This document shows positions 57,471 to 64,000 of a stretch of DNA of 64,000 nucleotides, one piece after another. Source of the stretch: the human T2T-CHM13v2.0 reference genome, Homo sapiens. The translations under genes were made by a program, and so were the position numbers. The notes beneath the pieces are model-generated. The model worked only from the letters and a program-made list of their open reading frames with translations, was not told where the DNA came from and made no database searches. The DNA lies in assembly GCF_009914755.1 (NCBI RefSeq), contig NC_060927.1; one strand, 5' to 3'. Every line of letters starts with the position of its first letter. Positions within the stretch are counted from its first letter, which is position 1.

Positions 57471-58174
57471 TAAAGGTACAAAACTCACTGGTAATAGTAA
57501 GTACACAGAGAAAAAATTATAACACTTTAACTATGGTGTGTAAACTACTCTTATCTTAAGTAGAAAGACTAAATGATGAACCAATCAAAAATAATTATTG
57601 CAACTTTTCCAGATATACTCAGTACAAAAATATATAAATAGAAAAAACCAAAAAGTTAAAAAGTGGGGGATAAAGGCTTAGAGTTTTTATTAGTTTTCTT
57701 TTTGCTCATTTGTTTGTTTATGTAAAAGTGTTAAATTGTTATCAGTTTGAAATAATGGGTTATAAGATAGTATTTGTAAGCATCATGGCAACCTCAATCC
57801 AAAAAACAGGCAATGGAGACATACAAAAAAAGCAAGAAACAAAATCATACCACCAGAGAAAAATTATCTTCACTAAAGGAAGTCAGAAGAAGAAAGGAAG
57901 AGAAGACCAGAAAACAACCAGAACATAAATAGCAAAATGACAGGAGTAAGTCCTTACTTACCAACAATAACATTGAATATAAATGTCTCCAATCAAAAGA
58001 CATAGAGTGGTTGAATGGATGAAAAAGCAAAACCCATTGATCTGTTGCCTACAAGAAACACACTTCACCTATAAAGATACACATAGAATGAAAATAAAGG
58101 GATTAAAAAAGATATGCAAATGAAACAAGAAAGAGCAAGAGTACCTATATCATGAAAAGTTTCTTTAAAACTGT

Positions 58175-58300
58175 TGATATGGCTTGGCTCTGCATTCCCA
58201 AACAAATCTTATGTCAAATTGTAATCCCCACATGTCAGGGGAGGGATCTTGTGGGAGGTGATTGGATCATGGTGGCATATTTCCCCCTTGATGTTCTCAT
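58175..58300 (+). mobile_element. 5' fragment of an MST/THE1-type LTR inside L1 ORF2
   Basis: tgatatggcttggctctg...gggaggtgattggatcatgg...gttctcat; no 3' half. Confidence 0.85.
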
Positions 58301-58788
58301 ATATCAGACAAAATATATTTCAAGACAAAAACTATAAGAAGAGACAAAGAAGGTCACTATACAATAATAAAGGAGTCAATTCAGCAAGAGGATATAACAG
58401 TTTAAAATATATATGCATCTAAGGACCCAGAAGGACCCAGAAATATGAAGCAAATATTATTAGAGTTAAAGAGAGAGATAGGTCCCAATAGAATAATAGT
58501 TGGAGACTTCAACACCCCACTTTCAGTATTAGACACATCTTCCAGACATAAAACCAACAAAGAAACATCCACCTTAATCTGCACTATAAACCAAATGGAT
58601 TTCATAGATATTTACAGAACATTTTATCCAAGAGCTATAGAATACACATAATTTTCCTCAGCACATCAATCATTCTCAAAGATAGACCATATGTTAGATC
58701 ACAAAATAAATCTTGAAACATTAAAAAAAAATTGAAATCATATCAAGCATCTTCTCTGACCACAGTGGAATAAAACTAGAAATTAATG

Positions 58789-60196
58789 CTCTCCCTCTCC
58801 CTCTCCCTCTCCCTCTCCCCTTTCCACGGTCTCCCTCTGATGCTGTGCCGAAGCTAGACTGTACTGCCGCCAGCTCTGCTCACTGCAACCTCCCTGCCTG
58901 ATTCTCCTGCCTCAACCTGCCGAGTGCCTGCGATTGCAGGCATGCGCCGCCACGCCTGACTGGTTTTCGTATTTTTTTGGTGGAGATGGGGTTTCGCTGT
59001 ATTGGCCGGGCTGGTCTCCAGCTCCTAACCAGGAGTGATCTGCCAGCCTCGGCCTCCCGAGGTGCTGGGATTGCAGATGGAGTCTCATTCACTCAGTGCT
59101 CAATGTTGCCCAGGCTGGAGTGCAGTGGCGTGATCTCGGCTCACTACAACCTCCACCTCCGAGCCACCTGCCTTGGCCTCCCAAAGTGCCGAGATTGCAG
59201 CCTCTGCCCAGCCGCCACCCTGTCTGGGAAGTGAGGAGCGTCTCTGCCTGGCCGCCCATCGTCTGGGTTGTGAGGAGCCCCTCTGCCCGGCTGCCCAGTC
59301 TGGGAAGTGAGGAGTGCCTCTTCCTGGCCGCCATCCCATCTAGGAAGTGAGGAGCGTCTCTGCCCGGCCGCCCCGTCTGAGAAGTGAGGAGCCCCTCTGC
59401 CCGGCAGCCACCCCGTCTGAGAAGTGAGGAGCCCCTCTGCCTGGCAGCCGCCCCATCTGGGAAGTGAGGAGCGTCTCTGCCTGGCAGCCGCCCCGTCCGG
59501 GAGGTGGGGGGGCAGCCCCCGCCCGGCCAGCTGACCCGTCCGGGAGGGAGGTGGGGGGCAGCCCCCGGCCGGCCAGCCACCCCGTCCGGGAGGTGGGGGG
59601 TGCCTCTGCCCGGCTGCCCCTTCTGGGAAGTGAGGAGCCCCTCTGCCTGGCTGCCACCCCGTCTGGGAGGTGTACCCAACAGCTCATTGAGAATGGGCCA
59701 TGATGACGATGGCAGTTTTGTCAAATAGAAAAGGGGGAAATGTGGGGAAAAGATAGAGAAATCAGATTGTTGCTGTGTCTGTGTAGAAAGAAGTAGACAT
59801 AGGAGACTCCATTTTGTTCTGTACTAAGAAAAATTCTGCCTTGGGATCCTGTTGATTTATGACCTTACCCCCAACCCGGTGCTCTCTGAAACATGTGCTG
59901 TGTCCACTCAGGGTTAAATGGATTAAGGGTGGTGCAAGATGTGCTTTGTTAAACAGATGCTTGAAGGCAACATGCTCATTAAGAGTCATCACCACTCCCT
60001 AATCTCAAGTACCCAGGGACACAAACACTGCAGAAGGCCCCAAGGTCCTCTGCTTAGGAAAACCAGAGACCTTTGTTCATTTGTTTATCTGCTGACCTTC
60101 CTTCCACTATTGTCCTATGACCCGGCCAAATGCCCCTCTGCGAGAAACACCCAAGAATGATCAATAAATAAAATTAAAAAATAAAAATTAAACAAA
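58789..60196 (+). mobile_element. Full-length SVA retrotransposon (older SVA_B/C-like)
   Basis: (CCCTCT)n head, Alu-like region, GC-rich VNTR ~59210-59670, SINE-R, AATAAA and A-tail; perfect 17-bp TSD aaaactagaaattaatg (58772-58788 / 60197-60213). Confidence 0.97.
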
Positions 60197-63100
60197 AAAA
60201 CTAGAAATTAATGACAAGAGGAATTTTGGAAATTATACAAATACATAGAAATTAAACATTGTGCTCCTGAATGACCAGTGTGTCAATAAATAAATTAAGA
60301 ATGAAATTTTAAAATTTCTTGAAACAAATGATAATAGAAACACAACTTACCAAAACCTGTGGGATATAGCAAATACAGTACTAAGATGGAATTTTATATC
60401 AATAGTGATAAGTGCCTACATCAAAAAAGAGGGAAAACTTCAAATGAAAAATCCAACAATGCATCTTAAAAGAACTAGAAAAGTAAGGGCAAATCCAACC
60501 CAAAAATAGTAGAAGAAAAGAAATAATAAATATCTGAGCAGAAATAAATACAATTTATATAAAGAAATCTAAAATATCAATTAAAAATTTTTATATAACT
60601 TAAGAAAAATTGACAAACTTTTTGCCAGACTAAGAAAAAAAGAGAGAGGATCTAAATTCATAAAATCAGAAATGAGAAAGAAGACATTACAACTAATACT
60701 GCAAAAAATCAAAGGATTATTAGTGGCTACTATGAGCAATTAAATGCCAATAAATTGGAAAATCAAGAAGAAATACACAAATTCCTAGACTCATACAGCC
60801 TACCAAGGTGGAATTTGGAAGAAATCCAAAACCCAAACAGACCAATGAAAGTAATGAGATCAAAGCCATAATAAAAAGTCTCCCAGTAAAGAAAAGCCCA
60901 GGACCTGATGGCTTCACTGTTGAATTCTACCAAACATTTAAAGAACTAATACCAATCCTGCTCAAACTGTTCCATAAAATAGAGGAGGAAATACTTCAAA
61001 ACTCATTACATGAGGCCCATATTGCCCTGATACCAAAACCAGACAAAGACACATCAAAAAAAGGTAAACTTCAGGCCAATATCTCTGAATATTGATGCAA
61101 AAATCCTCAACAAAATACTAGCAAATTGAGTTCAACAATATATTAGAAAGATCATTCATCATAACAAAGTGGGATTTATCCCTGGGATGCAGGGATGGTT
61201 CAACATATGGAAATCAGTGTGCTACATTATATCAACAGAATGAAGTATCAAAACCATATGATCATTTCAATTGATGTTGAAATGCATTTGATAAAATTCA
61301 ACATCTTTTCATATAAAAATCCCAAGAAAAAATTGGGGATAGAAGGAACATACCTCAACATAATAAAAGCCATATACAACAGACTCACACTAGAATCACA
61401 CCAAATGGGGAAAAACTGAAAACGTTTCTTCTAAGATCTGGAACATGACAAGGATGCCCATTATCATCACCATTATTCAACATAGTACTGGAAGCCCTAA
61501 CTAGAGTAATCAGATAAGGGAAAGATATAAAGGGCACCCAAACTGGAAAGAAAGAAGTCAAATTACCCTTGTCTGCAGATGATATAATCTTATATTTGGA
61601 AAAATATAAACACTTTGCAAGAAAACTATTAGAACTGATAAATTCAGTAAAGTTGAGGGATAAAAAGTCAACATAAAAAATCAGTAGCATTTCTATATGC
61701 CTACAGTGAACAATGTTAAAAAGAAATTTAAAAAGTAATCCCATTTACAATAGCCACAGATAAAACTGCATACCTAGGAATTGACTTAATCAAAGAAGTG
61801 AAAGGTCTCTATAATAAAAACTATAAAATACTGATGAAAGAAATTGAAGAGGACACCAACAAGTGGAAAGATATTCCATGTTCATGCATTGGAAGAATCA
61901 ATATTGTTAAAATGTTCATGCTACCCAAAGCAATCTACAGATTCAATGCAATCCCTATCAAAATACCAATGACATTCTTCACAGAAATAGAAAAAAATTC
62001 CTAGAATATATATGAAACCACAAAAGACCCAGAATACCCAAAGCTATCCTAAGCAAAAAGAACAAAACTGGAGGAATCATATTACCTGACTTCAAATTGT
62101 ACTACAGAGCTGTAGTAACCAAAACAACATGGTACTGACACAAAAACAGACACGTAGGCCAATGGAACAGAATAGAGAACCCAGAAACAAATCCACACAC
62201 CTACAGTGAACTCATTTTCAGCAAAGGTGCCAAGAACACACACTGGAGAAAAGACGGTCTCTTCAATAAATTGTGCTGGGAAAACTGGATATCCATATGC
62301 AGAAGAATGAAACTCAACCCCTATCTTTCACCATATACAAAAACCAAATCAAAATGGATTAAAGGCTTACATCTGAGACCTCAAACTATGAAACTACTAC
62401 AATAAAACATTTGGGAAATCTCCAGGACATTGGTCTGGGCAAAAAAATTTTGACTAAACCCCACAAGCACTGGCAACCAAAGCAAAACTGGACAAATGGG
62501 ATCATATCAAGTTAAAAAGCTTCTGTACAGCAAAAAATACAGTCAATAAAGTGAAGAGACAACCTACAGAATGGGAGAAAGTATTTACAAGCTACCTATC
62601 TGACAAGAGATTAATAACCAGAATATATAAGGAGCTCAAACAACTTTATAGGAAAAAATCTAATAATCTGACTAAAAAATGGACAAAAGGTTTGAATAGA
62701 CATTTCTCAAAAGAAGATATACAAATGGCAAACAGGCATATGAAAAGGTACTCAACATGATTGATCATCAGAGAAATGCAAATCAAAACTACAATAAGAT
62801 ATCATCTCACCCCAGTTAAAATGTCTTATATCCAAAAGACAGGCAATAACAGATGCTGGTGGGGATGTGGAGAAAAGAGAATGCTTGTATGTTGGTGGGA
62901 ATGTAAATTAGTAAAATCACTATAGAGAACAGTTTGGAGGTTCCTCATTAAACTGAAAATTGAGCTACCATGTGATCCAACAATCCCACTGCTGTGTGTA
63001 TATCCAAAAGGAGGGAAATCAGTGTATCAAGACATATCTGCACTACTATTTTTGTTGCAGGATTGTTTACAATATCTAAGATTGGGAGCAACCTGACTGT

Positions 63101-63725
63101 CCATCAACAGAAAAATGGAAAAAGAAAATGTGGCACACATACACAATGGAGTACTATTCAGCCATAAAAAAAATAGATCCAGTCATTTGCAATGACATGG
63201 ATGGAACTGGAGATCATTATTTTAAGTAAAATAAGCTAGGCACAAAAAGACAGACATTGCATGTTTTTACTTTTTTATGGGATCTAAAACTCAAAACAGC
63301 TGAACTCATGGACACAGAGAGTACAAGGATTGTTACCAGAGGCTGGGAAAGGTAATGGGTGGCTTGGGGAGAGATGGGGATGGTTAATGGGTACAAAAAA
63401 GTAGGAAGAATGAATAAGACCTATGATTTGATAGCACAACTGAATGTCTATAGTCAATAAAAACAATATACATTTTAAATTAACTCAAAGAGTGTAATTG
63501 GATTGTTTGTAACTCAAAGGATAAATGCTTGATGAGATGGATATCCCATTCTCCATGATGTGTTTATTTCATGTTGCATGCCTGTATCAAAACATCTCAT
63601 GTATCCCATAAATATAAATACCTACTATGTACTCACAAAAATTTAAAAATAAAATAACAAACCCATGTTTAAGTATTCATATATAAATGACATGAAATTC
63701 AGGGGGATAAAGAAAATACATGGTT

Positions 63726-64000
63726 GATATGGTTTGGCTGTGTCCCTGCTCAAATCTCACCTTGAATTCCCATGTGTTATGGGAGGGACACAGTGGGAGG
63801 TAATTGAATCATGGGGGCAGGTCTTTCCCGTGCTGTTCTTGTGATAGTGAATAAGTCTCATGAGATCTGATGGTTTTAAAAGGAGGAGTTCCCTTGCACA
63901 AGCTCTCTCTCTTTGCCTGTTGCCATCCATGTAAGACATGACTTGCTCCTCCTTGTCTTCTGCCATGATTGTGAGGCCTCCCCAGCCACATGGAACTGTA
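63726..64000 (+). mobile_element. THE1 LTR (cut by window end)
   Basis: gatatggtttggctgtgtcc...ccatgattgtgaggcctccccagccacatggaactgt. Confidence 0.93.

Larger units (their letters stand above)
57937..63290 (+). pseudogene. L1 ORF2p remnant (endonuclease/reverse transcriptase, many stops)
   Basis: [32 protein letters not shown] at ~61572, KWKDIPCS. Confidence 0.92.
54650..63655 (+). mobile_element. Full-length L1MA1/2-like LINE-1 (decayed), containing SVA and LTR-fragment insertions
   Basis: 5' UTR start ggagcaagatgg, ORF1 and ORF2 remnants, L1MA-type 3' UTR, degenerate TSD aacagacccatgctt (54635-54649) / aacaaacccatgttt (63656-63670). Confidence 0.9.

Noticed and set aside
58421-58442. 10-bp tandem duplication aaggacccag
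   Set aside because: Ordinary slippage indel in a dead L1
59210-59670. Regularly spaced repeats resembling a CRISPR array
   Set aside because: Tandem VNTR units of SVA with no unique spacers; eukaryotic context
59089-59724. 211-aa ORF, longest in the window
   Set aside because: Antisense reading of the GC-rich SVA VNTR

Overview
This is primate (hominoid, most likely human or great ape) non-coding genomic DNA. The assignment rests on Alu, L1PA and THE1 elements and a full-length SVA. I found no intact host protein-coding gene, RNA gene or CRISPR array; the ORF track consists of repeat-derived or chance ORFs. Much of the window is transposon-derived: Alus, MIRs, L2s, many MaLR/ERVL/ERV1 LTRs, DNA-transposon MITEs, a 5'-inverted L1PA, and a full-length ~9 kb L1MA-type element that still has its target-site duplication (TSD) and carries an SVA and a captured LTR fragment. 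The most unusual non-TE structure is a set of short local duplications. These are a ~90-bp-arm inverted repeat (21.6-22.0 kb), a ~136-bp direct duplication (33.96/35.98 kb) with a hairpin and a tandem repeat at its junctions, and a 119-bp duplication (37.43/39.16 kb) of a motif-rich putative enhancer in which 5 of 7 differences are CpG decay in one copy only. Repeat subfamily names are recognised from memory of consensus sequences, and boundaries of old repeats are approximate.
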